Assembly: GCA_948806215.1 (NCBI GenBank)
Contig: CAQIDI010000001.1
Span: 73,115-137,114 of the forward strand
DNA: 64,000 nucleotides
Direction: 5' to 3'
Source: an uncultured Eubacteriales bacterium
GTDB taxonomy: Bacteria > Bacillota > Clostridia > Christensenellales > UBA1242
The notes beneath the pieces were generated by a model that had not been told where the DNA came from, did no database searches, and saw nothing but the letters and a program-made list of their open reading frames with translations. The stretch's first letter is position 1, and every line of letters begins with the position of its first letter. This document shows, in pieces, positions 32,452 to 40,434 of the stretch. Made by a program: the position numbers and the translations under genes.

Positions 32452-32477
32452 GCAAAGGCATACCCTTTGCTTTTTTT
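32452..32477 (+). terminator. rho-independent terminator
   Basis: GCAAAGG (32452-32458), loop CATAC, CCTTTGC (32464-32470), then T7. Confidence 0.7.
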
Positions 32478-32579
32478 AACATTTTTTTTAGTTTAAGCAT
32501 AAAAATTAATGTTGCAAAAATTAAATTTTGCATAACAAAAAAATTATATAAAAAATTTTTTAAAATTACATAAAAACTG

Positions 32580-32608
32580 TTGATTTTTTTACTTCCATTT
32601 GGTATATT
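32580..32608 (+). promoter_or_regulatory. sigma-A-type promoter of the tRNA operon
   Basis: TTGATT (32580-32585), 17-nt spacer ending in TGG (extended -10), TATATT (32603-32608). Confidence 0.6.
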
Positions 32609-32699
32609 ATAAGAGCGTTAAATAACGCATCACAACTTTATATGGGGTTTTAATTAGTTTACTTGAGACTAATTAAAGGTCAGGATAACATAAACATAT

Positions 32700-32775
32700 G
32701 GGAGTTTAGCTCAGTTGGGAGAGCATCTGCCTTACAAGCAGGAGGTCATAGGTTCGAGCCCTATAACTCCCACCA
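32700..32775 (+). tRNA. tRNA-Val (anticodon TAC)
   Basis: Hand-folded cloverleaf. Acceptor GGGAGTT/AACTCCC, anticodon loop CTTACAA, T-loop TTCGAGC, encoded CCA. Confidence 0.95.
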
Positions 32776-32784
32776 ATTGTTTAT

Positions 32785-32859
32785 GCGGGGGTGGCTCAGC
32801 GGTAGAGCGTCGCCTTGCCAAGGCGAATGTCGCGGGTTCAAATCCCGTCCTCCGCTCCA
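32785..32859 (+). tRNA. tRNA-Gly (anticodon GCC)
   Basis: Acceptor GCGGGGG/CCTCCGC, anticodon loop TTGCCAA, T-loop TTCAAAT, encoded CCA. Confidence 0.95.
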
Positions 32860-32903
32860 CAATTAAACCAAAAGGGTTCACTCGCATAAAAGCAATAGTT
32901 TTT

Positions 32904-32978
32904 GGCACCATAGCCAAGCGGTAAGGCCAAGGTCTGCAAAACCTTTATGCTCCAGTTCGAATCTGGATGGTGCCTCCA
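32904..32978 (+). tRNA. tRNA-Cys (anticodon GCA)
   Basis: Acceptor GGCACCA/TGGTGCC, anticodon loop CTGCAAA, T-loop TTCGAAT, encoded CCA. Confidence 0.95.
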
Positions 32979-32986
32979 ATTTACTT

Positions 32987-33073
32987 GCCGAAGTGGCGAA
33001 ATAGGCAGACGCACAGGACTTAAAATCCTGCGGTAGCGATACCGTACCGGTTCAAGTCCGGTCTTCGGCACCA
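32987..33073 (+). tRNA. tRNA-Leu (anticodon TAA)
   Basis: Acceptor GCCGAAG/CTTCGGC, anticodon loop CTTAAAA, long variable arm, T-loop TTCAAGT, encoded CCA. Confidence 0.95.
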
Positions 33074-33075
33074 AA

Positions 33076-33110
33076 AATTAGTTAGATAGAAGTATCTGTC
33101 TAATTTTTTT
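33076..33110 (+). terminator. rho-independent terminator of the tRNA operon
   Basis: TTAGATAG/CTGTCTAA hairpin (one G-U pair) followed by T7. Confidence 0.65.
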
Positions 33111-33321
33111 AAGTTTAAAATGTAAATAGTAATATTTACTTACCTGAAAGGATTAAGACATATTTTCCCCTTTTCACTTTTTGTCGATAATCCTAATTGT
33201 TAGATTAAATAATCTAACCAATTTAACATCGGATTTAATTAACATCCTCCCATCCTTTATTTTATCCTTATTTTTTGATTATTTTATTTTTATCGTTAAT
33301 TAAATCCAAACTTAATTTGTG

Positions 33322-33349
33322 AAAAAAAGCCACGTGTAGTGGCTTTTTT
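33322..33349. terminator. bidirectional terminator hairpin
   Basis: A7-AGCCAC-GTGTA-GTGGCT-T6. It overlaps the stop codon of the 33348-34031 gene. Confidence 0.65.
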
Positions 33350-34031
33350 ATTTTACTAAACCCAACTTTAAAATTTTATTTTCGCTGTTTGTTAATTCAA
33401 CGAAACTGGCAAAATAAAAGTTTGTGTTTAAATTAATATTTAATTTATTTACCACTAACAAGTTATACTTGTTTTGTTCATCGTTAAAATAAGGATAAAT
33501 TTTATATTTAATAACATCAAAATCTAATTTATCACTGCCATTATAATCTATTAAAAAGCTTGAATCGTTTAAGTTAATGTCTAATAATTCATTGCGCATA
33601 TTAAGGCTTATTTTATTGTTTAAATTAAAGTCGTCGTAATTAAAAATTGGCTTTATTTCGCCATTTATAAATGCATAAATAATAACTAACGGTTCGCCAA
33701 TTTCGTTATTCACAGTTAACATTATTTGATTTAAGCCATCACCTAAAAAATCCCCTAAAAACATTTTTGGATTATAACCACATAAGTTATTAGTTAAAAT
33801 TTCTTGCACTTCGCCATTTGTTTTTACAATAATTTTTATGTTTGTTTTAAATGATTTTGTTTCGTCGTATTCGTTATAAGTTAAATAAACTTCGGATTTA
33901 ACAAAGTTATCAATAACATTTCCCACCGCTTTATTATCGGAAAAATCGGTATCGGCGTGTGTTAAAATTGTTTTACAATTTGTGGCTAAGCATATTAGAA
34001 CTATTATTAATATAAATTTTAATGCTCTCAT
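33348..34031 (-). CDS. secreted hypothetical protein
   Basis: 227 aa. N-terminal signal peptide MRALKFILIIVLICLATNC. One FG-GAP-like GDFLGDGLNQ motif. Otherwise unrecognised. Confidence 0.5.
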   Translation of the reverse strand: MRALKFILIIVLICLATNCKTILTHADTDFSDNKAVGNVIDNFVKSEVYLTYNEYDETKSFKTNIKIIVKTNGEVQEILTNNLCGYNPKMFLGDFLGDGLNQIMLTVNNEIGEPLVIIYAFINGEIKPIFNYDDFNLNNKISLNMRNELLDINLNDSSFLIDYNGSDKLDFDVIKYKIYPYFNDEQNKYNLLVVNKLNINLNTNFYFASFVELTNSENKILKLGLVK

Positions 34032-34096
34032 ATTTTTAATATGTTTAAAATAATAAAATTAATTCAAAAACAACAAAAAAATAGGTGAAAACTCAC

Positions 34097-35767
34097 CTAT
34101 TCTAAACTTATAATATAATAATAAACTGGTTGTCCGCCAGAAAGCAATGTTATATCGCAATCAGGATATTTTTCCGATAATTCAGATTGCAAAATTTCTG
34201 CTTCTTCTTGTTTAATATCTTTGCCATAGAATAATGTTATGTTAACAATATCTTCGGTTTTAACTTTTTCTATTAAATCAATTGTAGTATCGTTAACAAG
34301 CAAGCCTTTTGCAAGAATTGCGCTATCGTCTAAACCAATAATATCGCCTTGATTTAGGTCAAATCCATCAACGTGAGTAGTTCTAACAGCATAAGTAACT
34401 GAAGCAGATTTAACACTATCTTTGCTGCTTGTCATTGCTTCGATATTTTCTTCGGTTGAAGCATCAGGATTAAATGCTAATGCAGCAGAAACACCTTCTG
34501 GAACACTTTTTGTTGGAATAACGTGAATCAACTTTTTGGTTAATTCTTTGGCTTGTTCAGCTGCAAAAATAATATTTTTGTTGTTTGGTAGAACAAAAAC
34601 TTCTTTAGCTGGAACTTTATCGCAAGCTTTTGCAATATCGTCGGCACTAGGATTCATAGTTTGTCCACCTTCGATAATGGCATCAACCATAATATCGGTA
34701 AACACACTGGCAATTCCATCGCCCGGGGCAACTGCAACCATACCAAATTGTTTTAAATCCTGCATTTGAGCGGTGCGTTTACGCTTTAATTCGCGATTTT
34801 GCTCTAACATATTCTCGATTTTTAAGTTAATTAATTCCCCTAATTGCAATGCAAAGCCTAATGCCTTGTTTGGTTCGTTAGTGTGAACGTGAACTTTAAC
34901 AAGTTCTAAGTCGCCAATGCACACAACCGAATCGCCAATAGTTAATAAATTTTCACGAAGTTTATCAATATCGGAAACAGTTGTTTTCTTTTTCATATGA
35001 GTAACCATAAACTCGGTACAATATGCAAATTCTATGTCGCCTAGGTTTTCTAGATTAATTAAATAATCGTTAGAATCGCTTGATGAAGCCATATTTTGAG
35101 CATTGCTAGCATTTTGTGCGGTTATTTCTTCAACATTAATATCAATATCTTCGCCTAGTAACATTTTTTGCATACCAGTAAAAATAACAAGCAATCCCCT
35201 ACCGCCAGCATCAACAACACCAGCCTTTTTTAAAACTGGCAACATTTCTGGAGTTTGTTGTAAAATTGCTTCACCATCGTGAAGAATAATTTCAAAAAAT
35301 TCTTCAAAATCGGATACTTTTTTAGCAGCTTTATTAGCACATTCCGACATAACTCGAATAACAGTTAAAATTGTTCCTTCTTTTGGAACTGTTACTGCTT
35401 TATATGCTACTTGTGCGCCTTCAACTAAAGCTTTAGCAAAAAGCTTTGTTGTTAAATCGCCTTCGCATTTGCTAACAACATTTGAAATGCCTTTTAATAT
35501 TTGTGATAGAATAACACCCGAGTTACCACGAGCGCCACGAAGTGCACCTTTTGAAAGTGCATCGGATAGTGCGAAAAAGGAACTGTCGAGACAGTTATTA
35601 ATCTCTCTTACAGCACTATTAAAAGTTAAACTCATATTTGTACCAGTGTCACCATCAGGAACTGGGAAAACGTTTAGGGAATCAACAAATTTTTTATTAT
35701 CTTCTAATACTTTAGCACCCGCAATTATCATTTTGCGGAACATTGTGCAATTTATAGTCTTTTGCAT
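34097..35767 (-). CDS. yloV: DAK2 domain-containing protein YloV
   Basis: 556 aa. Dak2 motif VFPVPDGDTGTNM. Follows the Asp23 gene opposite rpmB, as in B. subtilis. Confidence 0.9.
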   Translation of the reverse strand: MQKTINCTMFRKMIIAGAKVLEDNKKFVDSLNVFPVPDGDTGTNMSLTFNSAVREINNCLDSSFFALSDALSKGALRGARGNSGVILSQILKGISNVVSKCEGDLTTKLFAKALVEGAQVAYKAVTVPKEGTILTVIRVMSECANKAAKKVSDFEEFFEIILHDGEAILQQTPEMLPVLKKAGVVDAGGRGLLVIFTGMQKMLLGEDIDINVEEITAQNASNAQNMASSSDSNDYLINLENLGDIEFAYCTEFMVTHMKKKTTVSDIDKLRENLLTIGDSVVCIGDLELVKVHVHTNEPNKALGFALQLGELINLKIENMLEQNRELKRKRTAQMQDLKQFGMVAVAPGDGIASVFTDIMVDAIIEGGQTMNPSADDIAKACDKVPAKEVFVLPNNKNIIFAAEQAKELTKKLIHVIPTKSVPEGVSAALAFNPDASTEENIEAMTSSKDSVKSASVTYAVRTTHVDGFDLNQGDIIGLDDSAILAKGLLVNDTTIDLIEKVKTEDIVNITLFYGKDIKQEEAEILQSELSEKYPDCDITLLSGGQPVYYYIISLE

Positions 35768-35809
35768 TACTACTCCTTCAATACTACAGAAAAAACCGTA
35801 TGAAAAAAG

Positions 35810-36160
35810 TTAAACTCTAACGCCTACTACATTAACGTTAACAGAGTCAATAATCATACCGGTGAATTGTTCTAATTTATATTTAACTGATTTTTTTAAT
35901 GAATCGGCAACAGCGCCAATAGAAACACCATATTTTAAAATTACATAAAGGTCAACATAAATTCTGTTATTAACAGTTAAAATTTTGATACCTTTACTAA
36001 TGGTTTGTTTTTTAAATAATCCGGAAAAGCTGTCGGTTAACTTTTGGCTAACCAAATCAACTACTCCATAGCAATCCCTAGCAATATAACCAGTAACGGT
36101 TGCAATTGCATCATTGGAAATTGTAATATTACCATAAGCATTACTTGTTTTTACTGCCAC
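35810..36160 (-). CDS. yloU: Asp23/Gls24 family envelope stress protein (YloU)
   Basis: Asp23 family sequence (ISNDAIATVTGYIARDCYGV). The likely start is the GTG at 36160, with AAGGAG 7 nt upstream. Confidence 0.85.
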   Translation of the reverse strand: MAVKTSNAYGNITISNDAIATVTGYIARDCYGVVDLVSQKLTDSFSGLFKKQTISKGIKILTVNNRIYVDLYVILKYGVSIGAVADSLKKSVKYKLEQFTGMIIDSVNVNVVGVRV

Positions 36161-36401
36161 TAAAAGTCTCCTTTTAAAATTACACAATAAAATTAGTGCA
36201 AGGGGCTTGCATACAACTATATATTACATTATTTACAATAATTTGTAAATCAAAATATTAAAAAAAGTGTTTTAATGCTTTAGTTATGCGTTTTTTAATA
36301 TTTTATTAACTTAAATTTATGCCTAAACAATGCCATTTATTAACAAACATAAGTTATGCAAAATAAAATAATTAAAATATTACAATTTTTTACTTTTTTT
36401 C

Positions 36402-36430
36402 TTGATTATTAAAATTTATTTTGTTATAAT
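36402..36430 (+). promoter_or_regulatory. sigma-A-type promoter of rpmB
   Basis: TTGATT (36402-36407), 17-nt spacer ending in TGT (extended -10), TATAAT (36425-36430). Confidence 0.65.
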
Positions 36431-36467
36431 GTATTGCAGTTTAAGAAAACTTATCGGAGGATGTATT

Positions 36468-36653
36468 ATGCCAAAAGTATGTTATATTTGTGGAAAAGGT
36501 AAAACAAGTGGCAATCAAGTTAGCCATTCACATATTGCTACAAAACGCACTTGGAGTGCAAATTTACAAAAGAAAGCTATTGAAATTGATGGCAAACCTG
36601 AAAATAAATATATTTGCACAAAATGCCTAAAAACACTTAAAAAAGAAAATTAA
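36468..36653 (+). CDS. rpmB: 50S ribosomal protein L28
   Basis: 61 aa from MPKVCYICGKGKTSGNQVSHSH. GGAGG lies 7 nt upstream. The ORF-track start at 36402 is upstream of the promoter -10 element. Confidence 0.95.
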   Translation: MPKVCYICGKGKTSGNQVSHSHIATKRTWSANLQKKAIEIDGKPENKYICTKCLKTLKKEN

Positions 36654-36664
36654 TTAAAAAAATT

Positions 36665-36687
36665 ATGCCAAACCTTGGCATTTTTTT
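36665..36687 (+). terminator. rho-independent terminator of rpmB
   Basis: ATGCCAA-ACC-TTGGCAT followed by T7. Confidence 0.7.
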
Positions 36688-36697
36688 ATTAAAAATT

Positions 36698-36723
36698 AAG
36701 AGAGCACCCACTGCTCTCTTTTT
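36698..36723. terminator. strong hairpin, probably the terminator for the minus-strand micro-ORF
   Basis: AAGAGAGCA-CCCAC-TGCTCTCTT with T-rich runs on both strands. Confidence 0.55.
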
Positions 36724-36742
36724 GCACTTTAAATTTTATGTA

Positions 36743-36823
36743 TTAGTTATTAAATTGTGATTTAAAAATAAGTTTGAATAGTGGACATAGTATTTTAGGA
36801 CATTTAAAACAATAAATTTTCAT
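36743..36823 (-). CDS. spoVM: 26-aa SpoVM-like peptide (MKIYCFKCPKILCPLFKLIFKSQFNN)
   Basis: ATG at 36823 with GAGG 5 nt upstream; TAA at 36743-36745. Same length as B. subtilis SpoVM, shared M1 K2 Y4 K7 P9 K10 L12 S22, and the same position and orientation between rpe and rpmB. Confidence 0.5.
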   Translation of the reverse strand: MKIYCFKCPKILCPLFKLIFKSQFNN

Positions 36824-36900
36824 ATTTACCTCTAATTTTTAGCATTTTTATATTATATGAAAATTAGTTATTTTTTGATATTAATTAAAAAACACCTAGT

Positions 36901-37605
36901 TTAGGTGTTATTTTTATTATCGTTTGCCTGAATTCGTTTTATTTTTGCCCAATTTATTACGCCATAAATATCGTTAATTAAAAATGCAAACATTGTTATT
37001 AAAACATTAAGTAAACCAATATCGCCATTAATAACTGGTATTAACCATAAAATTATAACAAACACATCGTCAAAACAATATGCCACAAAGCTAAGGTCGC
37101 TACGGCGCATAGCCAAATAGTTCGCCATACCCGAAAACATTACGGCAAGTGCACTGGTTAGTGCTTGCGGAGTGTTTAAAAACTTTAGTAAAAAATAAAA
37201 GCCAACAAAAAGTGTAACAAAACCAAATATGAACAAAACTATTTCTAGCTTTGTTATTTTTCTTATTTTAACCACTTTATTTTGTTGATTTTTAAACCAG
37301 TTAATAATGGAAGAAATATAAAGCGGAACTGTTATGCACAAATGCCAAATTGATTCACCATAATAATCGTTTTGAAAAGATATGTAAATATAAACACTAA
37401 TGCCAACTAAACCAAAAATGTAGGCATACCACTTTCCTTTAACCAATAAAAAGGCACAAAGCAAAATGGTTGTTGAATAAAGAGTTGATAAAAATGGTTG
37501 CTTAAAAACAATGCCTAAAACAATAAATGCAATTTCAAATATTGTTATAAAACTTATTTCAAACCAATTCCATTCGCTAAAATAGTTTTTTATTTTATTT
37601 AACAT
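36901..37605 (-). CDS. pnuC: nicotinamide riboside transporter PnuC
   Basis: 234 aa, 7-8 TM segments. PnuC-type W/N motifs (SSIINWFKNQ, GVINWAKIK). Overlaps the rpe stop by 11 nt. Confidence 0.75.
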   Translation of the reverse strand: MLNKIKNYFSEWNWFEISFITIFEIAFIVLGIVFKQPFLSTLYSTTILLCAFLLVKGKWYAYIFGLVGISVYIYISFQNDYYGESIWHLCITVPLYISSIINWFKNQQNKVVKIRKITKLEIVLFIFGFVTLFVGFYFLLKFLNTPQALTSALAVMFSGMANYLAMRRSDLSFVAYCFDDVFVIILWLIPVINGDIGLLNVLITMFAFLINDIYGVINWAKIKRIQANDNKNNT

Positions 37606-38266
37606 TGCTTGAAATTTCCTTAACTTTTTTTATAAAAGCTTCGCGATTTTGTGCTTTATAAATCGCATTACCCATAACAGCAATATCCATTCCGTTTTTA
37701 TAAAGCCTTAAAAAGTTTTCGGCATTAACTCCGCCATCAACTTCTAACTTTATGTTATAGTTATTATCTAAAATATAGTTTTTTAAATCGTTTAGTTTTT
37801 GATAAGTTTCTTCTATAAACTTTTGTCCACTTTTACCCGGTTCAACACTCATAATTAAAACCAAATCGCAATATGGCAAATATGGCTTTAAAACACGCCA
37901 ATCGGTGTTTGGTTTAATGCTAATACCAGCCAAAATTTTGTGTTTATGAATTTGTTCTAAGGCATAGTATATATTGTTTTTGTTTTCAAAACTTTCATAG
38001 TGAATTGTTATAATTGTTGGACGGCAAGCCTTATAACGCTCGATTTGAACTAATGGGTCGCTAACCATTAAGTGAACATCTAAAGCTATGGTGGAATTTT
38101 GATTAACCTCTAATAATTTTTGTAAGCTTAAGCATTTTGCTGGTACAAAGCTACCATCCATAACATCGCAGTGCATAAAGTCTGCGCCAGATTGTTCGCA
38201 TTCTTTAACATAATTAACCAAAACATCTTCGTTTTCTGGATTTGTGCTTGGTGCAATTTTAATCAT
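37595..38266 (-). CDS. rpe: ribulose-phosphate 3-epimerase
   Basis: 223 aa. HCDVMDG, DVHLM, MSVEPG, VDGG. Confidence 0.95.
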   Translation of the reverse strand: MIKIAPSTNPENEDVLVNYVKECEQSGADFMHCDVMDGSFVPAKCLSLQKLLEVNQNSTIALDVHLMVSDPLVQIERYKACRPTIITIHYESFENKNNIYYALEQIHKHKILAGISIKPNTDWRVLKPYLPYCDLVLIMSVEPGKSGQKFIEETYQKLNDLKNYILDNNYNIKLEVDGGVNAENFLRLYKNGMDIAVMGNAIYKAQNREAFIKKVKEISSNVK

Positions 38267-39131
38267 ATTTTTTATCCCAACTTTCTTTTAATTTTTTATA
38301 TATTGTAACATATCGATTATAGCGATTTATGCTAAGTTTATTATTGTTTACTGCATTTGCAACGCCACAATTAGCATCGTTAATATTAGTGTGACAACAG
38401 TTGGAAAACTTGCATTTATATTGGCTAAAATCGGCATAATATTCCTTTAAATCGCTAGGCTCTAAGTCTAGCACTTCAAGCATACTAAACCCCGGTGTGT
38501 CGGCAACTAAACAATTATCAAAGCTAAATATTTCACAAACTCTGGTGGTGTGTTTGCCACGATCAACTTTTTTGCTAAGAATATTTGTTTGCTGATTAAT
38601 TTGCGGGCTTAAAGCATTTAGTAGCGAACTTTTTCCAACTGCACTTTGCCCTGCAAAAACTGTGAATTTGTTTTTTAATATTTCTTTTAAATTGCTAACC
38701 TGATTGTTAACAGCCGAAGTTTGAATAATGCTTGTTACAACTCCACTATAATCGTTAATAACATCTAACAAAAACTTATCGGTTGTTGTATCAATTTTAT
38801 TAATAACCAAAATTGGATTAATGGCGTGCATATTACAATAAACTATTAGTTTATCAACTAAATAAAAATCGGGTGCTGGGCTTGGTGCTATTACTATTAC
38901 TAGTTGATCAACATTTGCAACTGTTGGTCTTATTAAATTGTTTTTTCGTGGCAAAATAGCTGTTATAACAAAATTGTTGCTATAATCATCTTTTTTAATA
39001 TTAACAATATCGCCAACAAGAAGTTTTATTTCCTTTTTTAAATTTCCTGTTGGTGTTGCAAGCACTGTTTCACCTGAATTAAGTTTTACTGTTGCGTTGC
39101 CAGAAAGTATTTTAATTATTCTTGCTTCCAC
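38259..39131 (-). CDS. rsgA: ribosome small subunit-dependent GTPase A
   Basis: 290 aa. Circularly permuted GTPase: NKID, GQSAVGKSS, DTPGF, and a C-terminal Zn cluster C..C.H......C. Confidence 0.9.
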   Translation of the reverse strand: MEARIIKILSGNATVKLNSGETVLATPTGNLKKEIKLLVGDIVNIKKDDYSNNFVITAILPRKNNLIRPTVANVDQLVIVIAPSPAPDFYLVDKLIVYCNMHAINPILVINKIDTTTDKFLLDVINDYSGVVTSIIQTSAVNNQVSNLKEILKNKFTVFAGQSAVGKSSLLNALSPQINQQTNILSKKVDRGKHTTRVCEIFSFDNCLVADTPGFSMLEVLDLEPSDLKEYYADFSQYKCKFSNCCHTNINDANCGVANAVNNNKLSINRYNRYVTIYKKLKESWDKKYD

Positions 39132-39135
39132 TTAT

Positions 39136-40434
39136 TTACCTATATTTTTGTTTGCTATTAGTTTTTGTAATTTTATTAAAAGCTTGATTTCTTGCTTGTT
39201 TAACATTTGGATTTTTAGATTTTAGTTTATCGTTTTTGTTGGTTAAATTTTTCGCATTTTTACTAAATTTATTATTTGATTTAAATTTTGATTTATTATC
39301 TAAATTGCGCTGCTTTTTAACATTTTGCGTAGTAGTTTTTTTGGTTTGAATATCCTTTGATATAACCGCGGTTGTTTTAACTTTTTGAACCTTGTTAGTT
39401 TGCAAGTTTAACTCTTTATTTCTAAGTTGACCGCAAGCGCCATCAATATCGTCGCCAAGACTACGTCTTATTGTTGCACTTGTTCCATTAATTAAAAGTT
39501 CACGCAAAAATAAATTCATTTTGTTTTCTAATGTTCCAATAAGTCCGCGTTCGGTTACATCGTTTAATCTTATTAAATTAACGTGACAAGTTAAGTTTTC
39601 TAACAATGCACTAAGTTCTCTGGCACATTCTAAACTATCGTTAACACCTTTAATTAGTGCATATTCGATTATAACTCTGCGATTAGTTAAAGTGTAATAG
39701 TATTTTGCCGCTTCAATAACACTTTCTATAGTGTAGCTTTTAGATATTGGCATTATTTCACGCCTAATTTTATTATTTGGTGCGTGTAATGATATTGCAA
39801 GAGTTACATTTAGCCCTAAATCGGCTAGTTTTTCGATTTTAGGAACTAATCCGCAAGTGGAAACTGTTATGTTTCTAACGCTAAAATTCAATCCATTTTC
39901 GCTAGTAACTAACTTTAAAAATTTTGCCACATTATCAAAATTATCAAGTGGTTCGCCTGAACCCATTAAAACAATATTTGTTATTGCTCTATCTTTGGCT
40001 GTTCCCTTTAAGTATGCATTAACTGCAGTTATTTGCCCTAAAATTTCGCCAGCACTAAGGTTTCTTACAAAGTTTAATCCGCTAGCGCAAAAAGCACAAT
40101 TCATTTTGCAACCAACTTGTGTGCTAACACACAAAGTTTTTCCAAACTTATATTGCATTAAAACGCCTTCGATTAAATTATTATCGTTTAGTTTAAATAA
40201 AAATTTTATGGTTTTATCTTTAGATTTAAAAGTTTTATATATTTTAACAGCTTGAAATTTTGCACCACTTATAGAAACTTTATCTAAAAAGGCTTTTGGC
40301 AAAACAGTTGAATCTGAAAAATCCTTACCGTTTAAAATATCGGTATAAAGTTGTTTTGCTCTAAATTTTGGTTCGTTTAAAGAAGTAACATAGTTTGTTA
40401 TTTCTTCTAAATCGTAATCTAATAAATTAATCAT
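39136..40434 (-). CDS. rlmN: 23S rRNA/tRNA adenine-C2 methyltransferase RlmN with a ~94-aa Lys/Asn/Thr-rich C-terminal tail
   Basis: Radical-SAM CKMNCAFC, MGSGEPL, and the C-terminal ACGQLR end of the conserved core, followed by a low-complexity tail. Confidence 0.9.
   Translation of the reverse strand: MINLLDYDLEEITNYVTSLNEPKFRAKQLYTDILNGKDFSDSTVLPKAFLDKVSISGAKFQAVKIYKTFKSKDKTIKFLFKLNDNNLIEGVLMQYKFGKTLCVSTQVGCKMNCAFCASGLNFVRNLSAGEILGQITAVNAYLKGTAKDRAITNIVLMGSGEPLDNFDNVAKFLKLVTSENGLNFSVRNITVSTCGLVPKIEKLADLGLNVTLAISLHAPNNKIRREIMPISKSYTIESVIEAAKYYYTLTNRRVIIEYALIKGVNDSLECARELSALLENLTCHVNLIRLNDVTERGLIGTLENKMNLFLRELLINGTSATIRRSLGDDIDGACGQLRNKELNLQTNKVQKVKTTAVISKDIQTKKTTTQNVKKQRNLDNKSKFKSNNKFSKNAKNLTNKNDKLKSKNPNVKQARNQAFNKITKTNSKQKYR

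Noticed and set aside
32663-33074. Four ORF-track ORFs (32663-32866 +, 32715-32924 +, 32732-32917 -, 32838-33074 -)
   Set aside because: They lie entirely across the four hand-folded tRNA genes. The open frames are a by-product of the GC-richer tRNA sequence.
33160-33250. Mini-ORFs on the minus strand of the orphan region (ATG TCT TAA after AAGGGGAAAAT, and a 23-codon ORF abutting GGGAGG)
   Set aside because: The first encodes only Met-Ser. The second has its ATG directly fused to the SD-like purine run, with no spacer. Neither can be supported as a gene. The region is reported only as an unexplained structured segment.
36654-37605. NAD-type (pnuC motif) riboswitch upstream of pnuC
   Set aside because: pnuC overlaps the end of rpe by 11 nt, so it has no leader region at all. 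The structured DNA lies downstream of pnuC and is explained by terminators and the spoVM-like ORF.
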